Assembly: GCA_028534125.1 (NCBI GenBank)
Contig: CM052818.1
Location: 7,690,001-7,750,000, forward strand
Direction: 5' to 3'
From: Lama glama
Lineage: Eukaryota
DNA length: 60,000 nucleotides
Shown here: positions 36,301 to 51,300 of the stretch, piece by piece
Numbering within the stretch: position 1 is the stretch's first letter
Layout of the letters: every line of letters starts with the position of its first letter
Notes under the pieces: model-generated
Seen by the model: the letters and a program-made list of their open reading frames with translations, nothing else
The model's database searches: none
Told to the model about the DNA's origin: nothing
Made by a program: the position numbers and the translations under genes

Positions 36301-39300
36301 TGCCTGGGTGTATAGAATTCCTACATTGCCTAGTTAGAATTGGCCAACTTTTTACCAGTAATTTTTAAAGTAACTATTCCACTTTCAGGTTCTATATTAG
36401 TTAAACTAAGCCAAATTACTATCTGATGTATGTACAGTATGGGAACAGTGATTTTTCATAATTGTAGCTTCTCCTTTTCACATTTAGGCCACTTAAACTA
36501 ATACTGTTGTAAAACATCTTTGAAGATAATGGATAACCTTTAAATAGAGAAAGAAAAAACTTGGAAAAAGTTTGTGATTCTATAAGGGTATGATTTCACT
36601 GAAAAATAATGATAATTACAAGCTGTTCATTTTTAATGAAGAATTTTTAAATACTACAAATTGGAAAGAACCTAAATGTCTAACAGCAGAGGAATGGTGA
36701 AATAAGTTATGCCTGGTATATTCATTATCATGGAATATCATATAGGCAAAGGTTTTTACTGTTTGAAGAAAATGCATACATTATAACATTAAGTGAAAAA
36801 GCAAGACAGAGACCTATTTATGTAGTATGATCTTAGCTATGTTGAAAAGATTTTTTTATCTCTTCATCTTTCTAGACCAGGGAGACAGCTTGTCTTTGTG
36901 GTGGTTATCTTTATGTGGTAGGATTATGTATAATTTAAATTTGTTACTCATTTTTTTCTGTTTTTCCTAAATTTTCTACAAAGAGAGGTATTACTTTTTA
37001 GTCAGAAAAGGTTGTTTTGTTTTTTAATAGTGTTTCCTGTGTTACAGGAATAAACTATTTGAAGCACTTTATTTAATTTACTGGGTTATTCATTTACTAT
37101 TCTACATTCTTGTATTTATTTCTCAAAAACAAAGGATATTCTGTATGTCATTTTAGTTATAAAGTAAATTATATTTCTTAAAAGAAATTAAATCTTAAAG
37201 TTTTAGCCAGAGTATTTCAGTAATATTTTTAGTGTAAATAGAGAAAAAAATTAAAAGTTGGGGGCTTGAAAACTTCATATTTGAATAATTATTAATGACT
37301 TAAGGATTCATTGCTATTAGCCATATTTTTAAAATATTTTTATTGTGGTAAAATATTGTTAACATAAAATTTACTACCTTAACTATTTTAATTGTACAGT
37401 TCAGTGGCATTAAGTACATTCACATTGTGATACTGTCACCACCATCCATCTTCAGAGCTGTCTTCATCTTATAAAACTGAAACTCTGTACCTGTTAAACA
37501 ATAAGTTCCCATTTCCTCCTTCTTCTAGTCACTGGCAACCACCATTCTTTTCTGCCTCTGTTAGTTTGACTACTCTAGGTTCCTTCTGTAAGTGCAATTA
37601 TATAGTATTTGTCCTTTGTGACTGGCTTATTTCTTTTGCCTAATGTGCTCAAGGTTTAACCATGTTGTAGTATAGGTCAGAATTTCATTCCTTTATAAGG
37701 CTGAATGATATTCCATTATATGTATAGTCTATGTTTTGTTCATCCATTCATCTGTCAGTGAACACAGCTAGTTTCCACCATTTGGCTAGTGTGAATAATG
37801 TTTCTTTGAACGTACATATGCAAATATATCTTAGCTGCTTTCAGTTCTTTTGGGTACATCCAGAAGTGGAATTGCTAGATTATATGGTAATTCTGTTTCT
37901 AATTTTTTAAAATAGAAAAAAATTGTTTTCCATTACAACTGCACAATTTTACATTCCCACCACAAGTGCACAAGGGTAACAGTTTCTCCACATCCTTGGT
38001 GACACGTGTTATTCCTCTTTTTAGTTTTAGTTTTTGTTTTTTTGTTTTGTTTTTTGATAGCCATCCTAATGTGTGTAATTTACATTTTTCTGATGTTTAG
38101 TGATATTGAGCATCTTTTCATGGCTTATTGGCCATTTGTATGTCTTCTTTGGAGAAATATCTTTTTTGCCCATTTTTTTTTTACCAGATTTTTTTTGCTG
38201 ATGTTGAGTTGTAGGAGTTCTTTAAATATTCTGGCTATTAACTTCTTATGAGATATATGATTTGCAAATATTTTCTCCCATTACCGTTTCACTCTGTTGA
38301 TTTGTGTTCTTTGATGCACAGAAGTTTTAAATTTTGATGTAGTTCATTTTATCTGTTTTATTGCCCATGCTTTCTGTGTCATATCCTAGAAATCATTGCT
38401 AAATCCAATGTCATGAAGCTTTTCCCCTGTTTTCTTCTAAAAGCTTTATAGTTTAAGGTTTTACTTTTAGGTCTTTTATCTGTTTTGAGTAAATGCTTCT
38501 ATATAGTATAAAGTAAGGATCCAACTACATTCTTTTGCATGTGGATAAGAATGGAAAAGAATTTCCCAGCATCATTTGTTGAAGACTGTCCTTTCCCTAT
38601 TGAATGGTCTTGCACCCTTGTCTAAAATCATTTGACTGTATATGTGAAGGTTTATTTCTGGGCTCTTTATTCTGTCCCTTTTGTCTGTATGTCTGTGTTT
38701 ATGCCAGTACCACACTTTTGATAACTGTAGCTTTCTAGTACTTTTTGAAATCAAAAAGTATGTTACCTCTAACTTTATTCTTTTTTACTGTTAATTGTGT
38801 ATTTTGAATTTTTATTAGAATTCTTGTTTGTTTTTGTACCCCAAAGATTAGGCTGATTTGTATAACTAAAAAAGAAAATAATTCTTAAATGCAGCTTACA
38901 TCCTTTTCAAGAAATTTTTAGCTCTTAAGTTTTCATTTTGTTATGTGGATAAATAATTCTAGTCTGTCATTTTAGAGACTTACCAATATGGTTACCAGAT
39001 TATTTCATTCACTGTTCTCAAGACTGGAAAAACTTACTTGGTTTTTAGCTGTTCCGGTCTTGAAACATGAACTTGACTATAAACTGCTTTATTAGGTAAG
39101 CTTAGAAGGTAAATCATGTACTACTGTTGAATCTATTTTATATTGTGAAGTCCTCTGGCATCCTTAAACAAGAATGGCTCTGGACTTGGAAAAGAATAAT
39201 CAGCAAACCTTTAAAACTGTAGGTATTGTGAAAACAGTGAAGAAGAACCTCTAAGAGAGCACCTAATAATACACTGTTTATGGAAACTATTGTATTGACT

Positions 39301-42300
39301 AAGGTGGTGTCAGTTAAAAGGGCCAAAATATTCATATCAAATAATTTAAACAATAAAAGAAATGTATTGACTTGGGGAACTTGAAATAGTCCAAAATGAG
39401 GTTAGTCTTCAGTCATGGTGTGGTCTTTGTTTTCTAGCTTAGTTTCTCTGTTTAATTCGCTTCTACCTACCTTTGTTGGCTTCATCTTTGGAATAGCTAA
39501 TCTAATTGTAGCAAAAGGCTGTATATAACAGTTTCAGATCTTCCATATTTGTGTACCATACTGCCTAGAACAAGATTTTTTTCTTCTTCAGTCATCAAAT
39601 GAAATCCTTGGCTTTAATCTACTGGGCTAATTAAGTTAGGTCACATATGCAGTTACTTTGACCAGGAAAATGCCATGCACTGATTGGTTTGGGTCTGGAT
39701 TATCTTCTCATCTCTGAACTAACCATATGGCAAGGAGATTGGGTATACTGAATAGCCTATTCAGACTGACGCCTAAAGCTGAAAGGAGACTCAGTTTTGC
39801 AGGGTTGTATTCCTGTGTGGGAGATGCAGAATAGATGTTGAGAGAAAGAACTTGTCTATCATGTCCAAAGACCATGACCATGTTTTATTAAAAAAAAAAT
39901 TTAAGAAAGAAAATCATCAAGACAGGAGCAATAAGGAAGAAGAAAGGCAAAACGAAGATGGGGGAAGTAGCACGTCAAAGATTAAGACAGTGAGGATTAA
40001 AAGCATCAGTGATGACAACAGGGTCCTCCTGTATAGCACAGGGAGCTTTGTTCAATATCTTGTAGTAACCTATAATGAAAAAGAATATATGTATAACTGA
40101 ATCACTATGCTTGTACACCAGCAACTAACACAACATTGTAAATCAACTATACATCAATTAAAAAAGAAAGAAAGAAAAAGCAGTGGTGGAGAGTAGCAAG
40201 TAGCAAGTTTGTGACAACAGAGAAGTTACTGATCAATGGAGGAAAAAAAAAGCAGTATCCAAAGACACTTGAAGGCACAGAGCCTCTACTGTATACTGTA
40301 TCAGTATATCAGGCTATTGTATCATTTAGAGTGCTTTTAGTTACAAATAACAGGAAACAACAGTCAGAGCATTTTAAACAATTAAGGGGATTTATTAGCT
40401 CATATACTGAAAAATAACCAGAAGTAAGTTAGCTTTTAGGTGCTTGATAGAGAGGTTAATGATGTTTTCAAGCCTTGATTTTGTTTCTCTGCATTTCTCT
40501 CAGTCTGTCTTCTTTAGCTTTAAGCTCAGTTGGTTCCATGTGCTGATTGGACTAGTTTAGACCCTTATCCTATCTTTGGAGACCTAAAATTGGAGACCGC
40601 TTCCCTAGAACCATGTAGTTCCTAAACAGAGACCCAGGGTTTTGAGAAAGGGGCAACAAATTGTGAACATGCACCCAAGAATGTTAAAGTTGGAATGCAG
40701 CCCTTATTTCTTAGTAGTCCATAAAGACATTGATTTACATAAATTTACTCTTAGTTCATCTAGCTTTCAATATTTATTAAGTACCTCCTACATGCCCACT
40801 GTTTACTGTGCTAGGTAGTAGGATGCAGTATCTCATGGAGCTAACGTTGTAGTGGAAGGAGACCTAGAATTAAAAAAAAATTAAAAGTTAGTGATAACTG
40901 TTACTTTTTAAAAACTGTGTCTTGGGTAGAGTTGCTGGGAGGGGTCAGAGAAGGCCTCTTCGAGGAAGTGACATTTGTGCAAGAACATGAGTGATGAGAA
41001 GGAAACATATATGATGAAAAGCATTCCAGGCAGAGGGAACAGCAAAGACACTGAGATGGGAAGAGTAGAATTTAGAATAGAAAGAGAACTAGAATGTCTG
41101 GAGAGCAGTGAATAAGTGAGAAAAGATGTGAGATGATGAGAGAGATATATATAAGGGTAGACATGGTAAGGAATACAATTTTTTTTTCTTTTAAGCAAGC
41201 ACATCATTGAATATGATCTTCTGACAGGCAAGTTATGTTATGTTTAGTGTAACCTACTTAGGAGACTAGAGAGCTAAGCAGTATATTTTAGAAGGATTTC
41301 CGTTTACAAAATTAAAGTACAGAACCCTTTGCCTCAGCTTTAGGGAACCCATATCTCTAGAGCAATTCTTTTTTACAAGTCACCTTTACTGTGTAATGAA
41401 AGATATGTAGAAATTATGATATGCATCACCTTGACTGTATTGTGAGATGTTCAAAAGTACATACCCAGAATTAACTTTTGGAAACTTGTAAGTATAAAAG
41501 ATTTTAAATCCTTTAAAAATGTATCCTGCTTTCTTGTAGGCAACTTTAAATATCATTCACAGTGTTGTTCTCTCAGTTCTTGACAAAAACCAAAGGACTA
41601 GAGAATTGGAGGATATTTCACAACAGAAGAATACTGCAAAAGATAATTCACTGGACACAGAGGTGGCTTATTTAATCCATGAAGGCATGTTTATAAGTGA
41701 TGCATTCAGTGAGAGTGAATTAACACCTATAGCAATTGACACCGCCTCTCAAAGAAATGCATCTCCAAATAGTGAGCCCTGCAGTAGTGATTCAGTATCT
41801 GAACCAGAATGTACTACTGATTCTTCATCCAGCAAAGAGCAGACATCATCATCTGCTACTCCAGGAGGTGTGGATATTATGTGAGTATGGTGGCTGCTGC
41901 CAAGTTAAGATTTTTGAGTCATCTTATTAATGGTTTCAGTAAGATTGATTAGTTTATTGAAAAAACATGTAAACTTTGGTCTTGGAATTTAACAAAAATA
42001 AATTAATTTTCTGAAGCGTGTATCTTTTTGAAAATGTATGGAAGGTAAGGAGGTGAGCATTGGAAGTAATTGAGAATTTGTAAAGTGTTAAGGCTAGAAA
42101 GGAGCCATTTAATTAAATACCCCAATTCAGAGATGTAATTTAAAGTCATTAGTGGCAGAACTTGTCTTGAAACTCAGGTCAGTATTACCATAGTTATGTT
42201 TCTTTCTTTTACTGTTATCTTTGTATTTTGTATATGCAGTGAAGGTCTTTTTGATTTAATAATTTTCAGTTTTTCAGAGATACAAATTTCCAAGTGGATC

Positions 42301-45300
42301 ACACTATCTTTTTAAACATTACTATTTTAAACTTGTTATTTTGAAATAGTTTCAAATTTACAGAAAGGTTGCTGGAATAGTACAAAAAAAACTCATGTAT
42401 CTTCACCTTGATTATCCAGTTAACAGTTTACCACATTGCCCCCTTTCACCCTCCCTCCCTCCTTCTCTCTCTTGCTCTCTCTTTTCCTCTCTCCTTCTTT
42501 TTCTCTCATGTTAACATTTTTTCTGAATTATTTGACAATAGGTTGCATACTTTAATGTCCCAGATACTTCAGTCTTTGTTTCCTAAATACAATAACATTT
42601 TCTTAAATAACAGTACATATGATAATTTTTTAATTAGAGAACTTACCTTTTATTCTTCTTCCAGGATGTCTTGGATATTTTGCAAATCCATATACATTTT
42701 AGATTTTTTAGTTCTCTGTTGCCTTCACATTAGTTTGTTCATGTTTTATCCTTTTTTTTTTTAAAGAGCACAATCCAGAATTTACATTACCACATCCTAG
42801 TGGCTAGAATATTATCACATGACTATATCTAGCTTGAGAGACTTGCGAAATAGTCTATAGCTTGCTGGCTATTTTATAGCTAAAACTATTGTGGCAGAAG
42901 AGAGAAAAGACATCGAAAGATAGCTAGAAGTCTGTCATACCATGTAAGATTCCTTTAAATCAAATGCAGTCTCATAGTTCTTCTCTCTCACCTTTCACCT
43001 CCACTGCAACTCACTATACACTTTGGAGCTTCTCTGGCTTTCCCCAGTGACATGCTCCCACCGCATGATAAACAGGTTCTGTGGGTGGTTCCTTCTATGT
43101 TTCATAGGCACATAAATGTCTGGGAACCACCTGGTCCAAAGGGGCAATAGATTGACTGAGGTATATTTATACAGGTGACCTCTAACTTGTTATTCTCACA
43201 AAGGCTCTGGCTGTTCTTTCTTCAAGTATTTTGTCAGTATATAGTTGTGTCACAGATACAGCATATGTGGAATTGATTTTTGGGTTTTTATCTTTGTTAA
43301 TGGTAGATTTTCCTTATTTTCTTAACATTGTCAAAATAATCTAGAATTTTGTAAGTTTATTACAATGCAGATATGAGCACAAAAGAGTAAATAATTTCCC
43401 AGGTAGGAAATGGGCAAGGATTAGAAATGGAATGGAAAGGACTAGAAAGCTTTTTGGGTTTAAAAAAAATTTAAACTGTGGTTAGAAAAAAAACCTGTAT
43501 CTATATCTATGTATATATGTATATTTACTTCAGACCCTGACTGAATGTTATATATATATAACATTTACCATCTTAGCCATTTCTAAGTGCACAGCCCAGT
43601 AGTGGTAAATATATTCACATTGTTGTACAGCCAATCTATAGATCTTTTTCTTCTTGTAAATCTGAAACCCTTGCACATTAAGCAGTGAGTCCCCATTTCC
43701 TCCCCCACCAATCCCCTGGGAATCAGCCTTCTCATGAGTTCAACTACTCTAGGTACTTCATATAAGTAGAAACATACAGTATTTGTCCTAATTGTCCTGT
43801 CTTGTTTCACTTAGCATAATGTCTTTAAGGTTCATCTATGTTGCATAATGTGTCAAAATTTTCTTTCTTTTAAAGGTTGAATAATATTCCATTGTATGTA
43901 TGTATATTGCATGCACATTTCATCCATTTATCTGTCAGTTCGTTTCCTTCCATCTCTTGACCATTGTGAATAGTGCTACTAGGAACATGGCTGTGCAAGT
44001 AACTCTTTGAGATCCTGCTTTCAATTCTTCTGTGTGTGTGTGTATGTATGTATGTATCCTGAAGTAGAATTGCTGGATCATGTTTTGAGATTTTGTTTTT
44101 TCTATTAACATAAAAGAGATCCAATTAGACTTGAATTTTAAAAATCTTTTTAAAAAGTGAAATCACAAGTAATAAAGTAAACATTTCTTTTAGAAAACCA
44201 AACTTAACTAGCTTTTTGTATTGTCACCTTACTTTTTTAAAGACTCAAGTTTTTCTTGTTTGCTATTTTCTGTTTCTGCCTTTGTGAGTTAGTAGCATAT
44301 TGGAAAGAGTTCCAAATTCTTAATCATTCTTTTACATGGGGGCAAATTTTAGAAATCCTTCAGAAAATAAAATTTTATTTCAGTTGTAAATTTGAACTTT
44401 GAAATTTAAGCAGTTTTGTGGGAGCTGGTATTGAAATAGTACTTGGACTGTTTATATAGAAGTAAATGTTGGATTAGAGGAAGCTTAGCACTAGGTTAGA
44501 AATAGAATTAGACTAATTCTTGGTTCTAGTCCCACCCTCTTAACCTTATGACCTTCGATAAGTCACTTAAAATTTGAATATTCACTATCCTCATCTGTAA
44601 AGTAGAAATTTATCTATCTGCCTCAGAGTGTGGGAACCAAGCAAGACACTGTTTGAGAGTATTTTAAGAATATTAATCCCTCTATTATTTTAAAGCACTA
44701 GTAAGTAAATTTAATAATTTTGAAGGGTAGCAGGTAATAACTTTCTTTAATACCATAACCCAGTTGGAGTAGTGGTTTGTGTCAAAGCAGTATACATTAG
44801 AACCTCTTTGTAATATCTTTGACAATTATTTTAATTCAACTGAAAGGGAGAGAAATTATGCTAAGGCAGTTTACTTGGTTCATGATAACACCAGACTGAA
44901 TTTTTGGTACGGAATCAGTGGTCTTTATGTATACCTTGGGGGAAAATGTATAAAAAGCAGAAAGTCTTAACTTTCTTCCTCAAAATTGGAAAAAAATGCA
45001 TTGTATTTTGTGCATACTTCTATTTGATTATAAGTTCCTTAAGGGCAGCAACCTATTATATCCCTCCAGTGCCTCATAAACCAGTAAGTGCTCAGGAAAT
45101 ATTAGTTAAGTTGAATTGACTATTAATAGTCATTCATAATTATAAGTAAAAAGAGGAGCTGTTTATTTCTTCCATTTCTTCCGTCTTCTTCCTTGCACTG
45201 TGCCATCCTAGGCACTTGTGGACAAGCCACCACAGCTACTACCTTGTACCTAAAGAGAATTTGTTTTGCTATCATTTTTGTAGAATTTCCAGTCAGAGTC

Positions 45301-48300
45301 TGAAGTAAGTATTAAAAATACTATAGCAGAGAGAGAAAATTATTCTTACATGATATTAGGGTAAAATACATTTGTATTATCTGAGCTTGTTTATGTGATA
45401 CTCCACACACACACAAAAAAGTATGTGATACATGACACAATTTCCCTCAAATGTGAATTTTACAGCTTTTTGTTTCTTATTGATATATCACCTGTGGAGA
45501 ACAATGTGTTTACAACTTTCCTTGCCTTAATCTCTTTTTATCATTTTCAGGGTCAATGAAGACATGAAATTAACTGACTTAGAGCTAGGAAAGCTGGCAA
45601 ATAATATCCAGGAGTTATTATATAGTGCCTCAGATATATGCCATGATCGAGCCGTCAAATTTCTCATGTCAAGAGCAAAGGTTAGTTGTTTTGATAAACT
45701 TTAGACATTTTACACATAGTATACTTATTTTGAAAATCTAGAATATATCCTTATTTGTGTCCTTGTTTTGCATAATTCATGTTGTATTTTTAACACTTAA
45801 TAAAGTACTAGTGTTGTCTGCTAGGGAGCTGTTGAAATGTAAAATAATGCAAATAAAAGAAATATGAAAACTTAAGCACTGTTTTCAAATAAATGATTGG
45901 AAGATTTATTTTGAACTATAATTCCTTAATAATTTGAAATTAATTTGTTGTTTTATATACATATATGTGTATAATTAGCCAAATAATTTATTAATAAAAT
46001 TAGTTGTACTCTAATACTGTGAAAATTATATAGTATGACCTGAATTTATTTGAGCTACTATGTTATAAAAGGATCAGAATAAAATTTAGACATCTTAAAC
46101 TTTTTATGTTCCATTTCTGAGAATAAAGGAAATTTCATTAAAAGTGATTTTTAAAGAACTTTCAGGAATTAATTTATAACTGTTATAAAATAATGTAATT
46201 AATATTAATATTCGTTGAACTAAGTTGGTTTTATAGCTCATCCATATTTGGTGTTTTACTAACTCTCATGACTTTTGTGTTATCTTTAAAATTTAGGATG
46301 GTTTTCTTGAGAAGCTAAATTCTACAGAATTCATAACACTTTCCAGATTAATGGAAACATTCATTTTAGACACCGAACAGATCTGTGGAAGAAAAAGCAT
46401 GTCATTACTTGGAGCACTTCAGAGTCAAGCTAATAAATTTGTGAACAGGTTTCATGAAGAGAGAAAAACCAAGCTCAGGTATTTTTACCATGTCCATTCT
46501 GTTCTTCCATTTTTTTCCTTTTCTTTACAAAGCAGTTATATTTAAAAGGGGAAACTTCGTTGATTGGCCAAAATCCCTGACAAATTTTTTTCTTTTTAAT
46601 TGAAGATAGATTGTGGAATTAAAATCACATTTCTCGGCTTTTGAAAGTGGAGTTAGAATGTTTATTTCCATTACAGTACTTTCAGGAAGATCCTGAGAGA
46701 TTGACTTTCCTTTACCACTCAAAGTGAAGTTAATTATATTTCACCGCTCTTTCTTGATTAGGCTAAGAGACTAAGAAGAGAAATATTTTCTGAAGCTATT
46801 CATAGCGTTTATAAGTGACTTAAATTTATTAAGATGTTCAGCATTTTTAAAAGTCTTATGTAACAACAGCTAATGGCCATTACTGTTTAAAAACTCAACG
46901 CCATAGGCTCTACCTGAATTTAACTAAGATGAGTATAGTCTTTATTATTACTAAAATGTGTAACAAAGTCTTATGTACTCACTCAGCTTTTTTTTTTCTG
47001 TTTTCAAACAAGGAGATGGTGTTGAAGTGTTATTAAAGTTTATCTTCCTTTCTTTTTACTTTTGAATAGCCTCCTCTTAGACAATGAGCGCTGGAAGCAA
47101 GCTGATGTTCCTGCAGAATTTCAGGATCTTGTTGATTCTATATCAGATGGAAAGATTGCTTTACCTGAAAAAAAATCAGGGGGTATGTGTATTCTTCACA
47201 CTCTTCCAATTTTACATTGTTTGTCTCTTTTTTAGGAATGCTTAATATTTCTTTAATTGACAACGCCTCTTGGAAAGCCTAGAACTAATACTCCAGCTTA
47301 GTTAATGAGTCATTGACTGGGAAAGTATCTGTGGTAATGTATAATAATAATTTCAGATACATATTGAGTGTTAATCATATGCCAGACACTGAACCAGGTG
47401 CTTTACATGCATTACTCCAGCTTCCCCTCACAACAACCTATGATAAAGATACTATTGTCACCTCATTTGACAGTGAGGAGGTAGATATGAAGCTTCAAGG
47501 GGTTAAGGAATTTGGTACAAATGATGATCTGGTATTTGAAACCAAGTTTATATAATTTCATAGCTATTTTTTAAAACCATATCATTTAGAGATGTATTCA
47601 TTCGTTGAGCCCTAGTAAGCTTCTACTGTATGTCAGATATTGAGACATTAAATGAAAGTGTAATTTTTTACACAGAAATCTTTTTAAATTGTGTACTTAC
47701 ATTTGCATAAAATGCAATTGCACTACAAAAGAAAGACTGAGTCAAATACAAATAGCAGCCACTCGTTTGACACTTGGAGATCATTTGCAATCTTAGTAAT
47801 TGGGTGGAGTGATAGAGTCAGATTGTAGTTCAGTGCTAAGTAATTTGAAAGATGAGGAAGGGTAGAGAATTATAAGCCTACTTTTTTTGAGCAAGTTTGG
47901 GGGCGAAGAGAAAGTGAGCGATGAAGTGGCAGCTAGAAATGTGAGAGAAATTAGAGAGATTATTACTTTTCAATTCATTCAGGGAATTGGGAGTTGAGAG
48001 AAGAGTTTTAAGGTAGGAGAAGCTAAGTTATATTTTTATGCTTAACAGAAAGAGGAAGAAGTTTCATTTAGGATAAGAGTGAGATAGAGTGATTGTGGGG
48101 CAGGGACCCTGGAATTGAATCCAGAGTCTAAAAGAAGGGCTACCTCTTCTACCACTGTAACGAGATAAAGGGTTAAAGACACGTGTAAAATAGAGTAATT
48201 CCATATAAGGCAGAGAGAGGAATTGTAGGAATTAAGTAAATTTCTGTTTTTTAGTGACCATTTTTAGCAGATAACAGGGTTGAGTGGTGGTCTCAATTTT

Positions 48301-51300
48301 TTACTTGATTGTATAATATCAAAGCAAAAGCGTTCAAGTAGCAAAGACTGAAAGAAAAATAAAACACTCTGATCATCCTAAATCACCAGTTTAAAATTAT
48401 GACTTATTACTTATTTTTCAAGCTACATTTGATTGACTTCCCACTGTGTGAGGTGCTGTGCAAGATGACTGAGACATGCTGTTTGTCCCTAGAGAGTTCA
48501 CAGTCTTGAAGTCTGCTGTCATGCACACATTATAATTTTTGAATTAAGACAGTAACTATAAAGTGATTGAATTAACCATGTATTTTTTTCCTGCAGAGCG
48601 AACTATTTGTTTTCACTTCCTCTTTTAGGATACGGTCAGTAGGAGGTTTCTCTTATGAACCCTGCTTCTATCCCAACCGTTTGTTCTCCTCTGAGAAAGA
48701 AGAAAGTATATGTTATTAGAAGTTCATTAACATTTTACGAGTTCATACCAAGTTAACAATACTTGGTTATTACTCATTCACCCACTATCTATTTATTGAA
48801 TACTTAGCTAGGCATTGAGGAAATGAAGTTAATAGATGGCAGTTAATATTAATTTAGTGCTTACTTGATGCTAGACAGTTTGTTCTAAGCACTTTACATT
48901 GTTGTCTCATTTACAGGTCCATGAGCTAGGCAGTGTTAGTATTTCCAGTTAACAAATCTGGAAACTGAGGCATAAACTGTTAAGCAACTTGCCTAAGGTT
49001 ACATAGCTAGGAGATGGTAGAGCTGGGATCCAAAATCAGGCAGATTGACTTTAGGGTCCTTTCTCTTAAGTACTATGCTAGGCTGCTTTTCTACAATACT
49101 GAGAATTGGTTAAGACACAACCCCTGTCCTAAAAAACTTAATTTGACATACAGAGTGAATTGTGACTAGAAATTATATCATACTGAATTTCTTTGCTTGG
49201 AAGAAGTAGACATTTAATGCCTTAGAACAAAGGGACTTGAAGTTTAGGAAAGCATGATGACTTGAACTTGCCCATGGTAATATAATTAATGTGGCTGATT
49301 CAGAATAGTAATCCAGTCCTCTGTTCTTTTTACCTCAACATGCTGAATTTTGTTTTATAATGATAAGAAATACATGCTGAAAATAAAATAACTTTTAGAT
49401 TAAGATCTTGATAAGTAAATATATAATCTCTCTACGGAATTTAGAAGTTAACTTGTATTCTAAGAATTATAATAAAGAAAAGATAACCAGTTGAAATGCT
49501 AGTTCTGGCTTTCCAAACTAATAACATTTTTTTCCCTTTACTTCTTATCAATCATCTGCCATGTTCCAGACTTACAGGATAGCCAGTTTGTAATCTTTCT
49601 CTCTTTCAGTAACAGCAATGCTGAAAGATAGATGTTATCCATGTTTAATGGATACAGATATTGAGATTCAAAGAAGTTAAATAATTGGTCCACAGTCATG
49701 CACCCAGTATTTGGCAGTAGTGGACCTCAGATCCAAATTTCTCTGATTCCACATCCAATATACTTTATTTACTCTATACCGTATTGTTTACCAAGAAGTA
49801 GATATTTATTTGCAGAAATGAAATAGTTTCGGGCCTTAAATTTAGGAACTCTGTTTTTTCCTAGTTTAATTTTTTTTTTCTCCAGTATTATTTTCGTCTT
49901 ATACCCATGTCTCCCTTTATTTGCTTTACTTTCTAGCTACAGAAGAAAGGAAACCAGCTGAAGTTCTTATTGTTGAGGGACAACAGTATGCTGTTGTTGG
50001 GTGAGTGACACATTTTTCTTTATTAGTTGAATCAATTGTTCGAAACAGAAGTCTTCTAGTTACTTCTTGACGTGAATGGGAAATTTTGGATTAACAATTT
50101 TAAATCTTGCGAAGAACTTTAAAGAAATTTTATCGATGCTTTTTTATGTTCCTGTATTTTGCAGTATTCTATATCTATTAGGGGCTATACTGGCTTAACA
50201 AAAAAAGAGGTTGGTTGATTTATCTCATATAACAAGAAACCTAAAGGTACGTAATCCGAGGGTGGCTCCCTTGATGTTATTAGCGTCTCAAGCTCTTCTG
50301 TCTTTTTTTTCCTGCAGTTTTTTTAGTGTGTAATAGGCAGCATAGTAGTTGAAGTTGTGGTCTCTGGAGTCAGACTGCTTAGATTTGAATCTCAGCAGCT
50401 CTGTTATTTTGTGACCTTGGGCAGTTTACTCTGTGTGCCTCAGTTCCCTTTTCTGTAAAACAAAATGCTGCAAATAGTACTACATTTAGAATTATTGTGA
50501 AATTAAGCAGGTAGTTCGTGTAAAGCATTTACCATAGTTCTGGCACCTAATAAGAGGTTGATAGTTGGTGGTGGTTGTTTCCGTTGTCATCATTTTCAGT
50601 GGTCTTTTACTCTCTTACCAGTAACAGTATAGCATTCAGTTGACTTAAGAAAAATATAAATTCCAGTGTTGTTTGCCTAGTACCATATGCCTCTTTATTA
50701 AATGGGTAGTTAAACTAATGTCTTCACATACTTCATAACACTTCATAGTTTAAGTATTTTCATATATATGATCTCATTTAATCTCTACAACCACATTGTG
50801 AAATAGACGTTTCAGGGATTGTTGTTCCCTTTCTACAGGTAAATGAATTGGAGCTTAGAAGATTAAGTAGTTAATATAAAATTACCCAAATGGAGCCAGA
50901 AGTAGAATCAAGATCTAGCTCCCAATATCTACACCAGAATTCTTTTCTCACTTTTCTTCTTTGTTTCTTGTCACTGTATAAGTCTTTCCTGAAATAGCCA
51001 TCTCTTCTAGGGAGAATGAATGATCCTCTCCTTGTAACTCTCTGTGCCTCTATCATGACACTTCTTGCAGTATATTAGAATTATTTATTTGTATATATAT
51101 CTTCCTAGTTAGTCTCTGAGTTCCTCAGAGGTGGAGATCACATCTTACCATTTTTGTTTTTCTTGGCACCTGATAAGCCCTCAAAAAGTACATATAAAAT
51201 ATATGCTTTTTTCCCAATCTGTATAGTATCCAAAACTCTGAAGTACACCTGTTGTAAGCTAAAGCTTCTGTTCCTTTCTCCTTTGGAATGGAGTTCTTTT

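Noticed and set aside
39340..40690. Two same-orientation MLT1-like LTRs as the ends of one provirus
   Set aside because: The intervening ~450 bp is not retroviral internal sequence (it contains an L1 tail), and the two remnants are not closely similar. Independent solo LTRs are more likely.
41736..41930. Alternative-frame ORFs overlapping exon 12 (and 53525..53740 overlapping exon 18)
   Set aside because: Short shadow frames with non-ATG starts that run into introns; no independent support.
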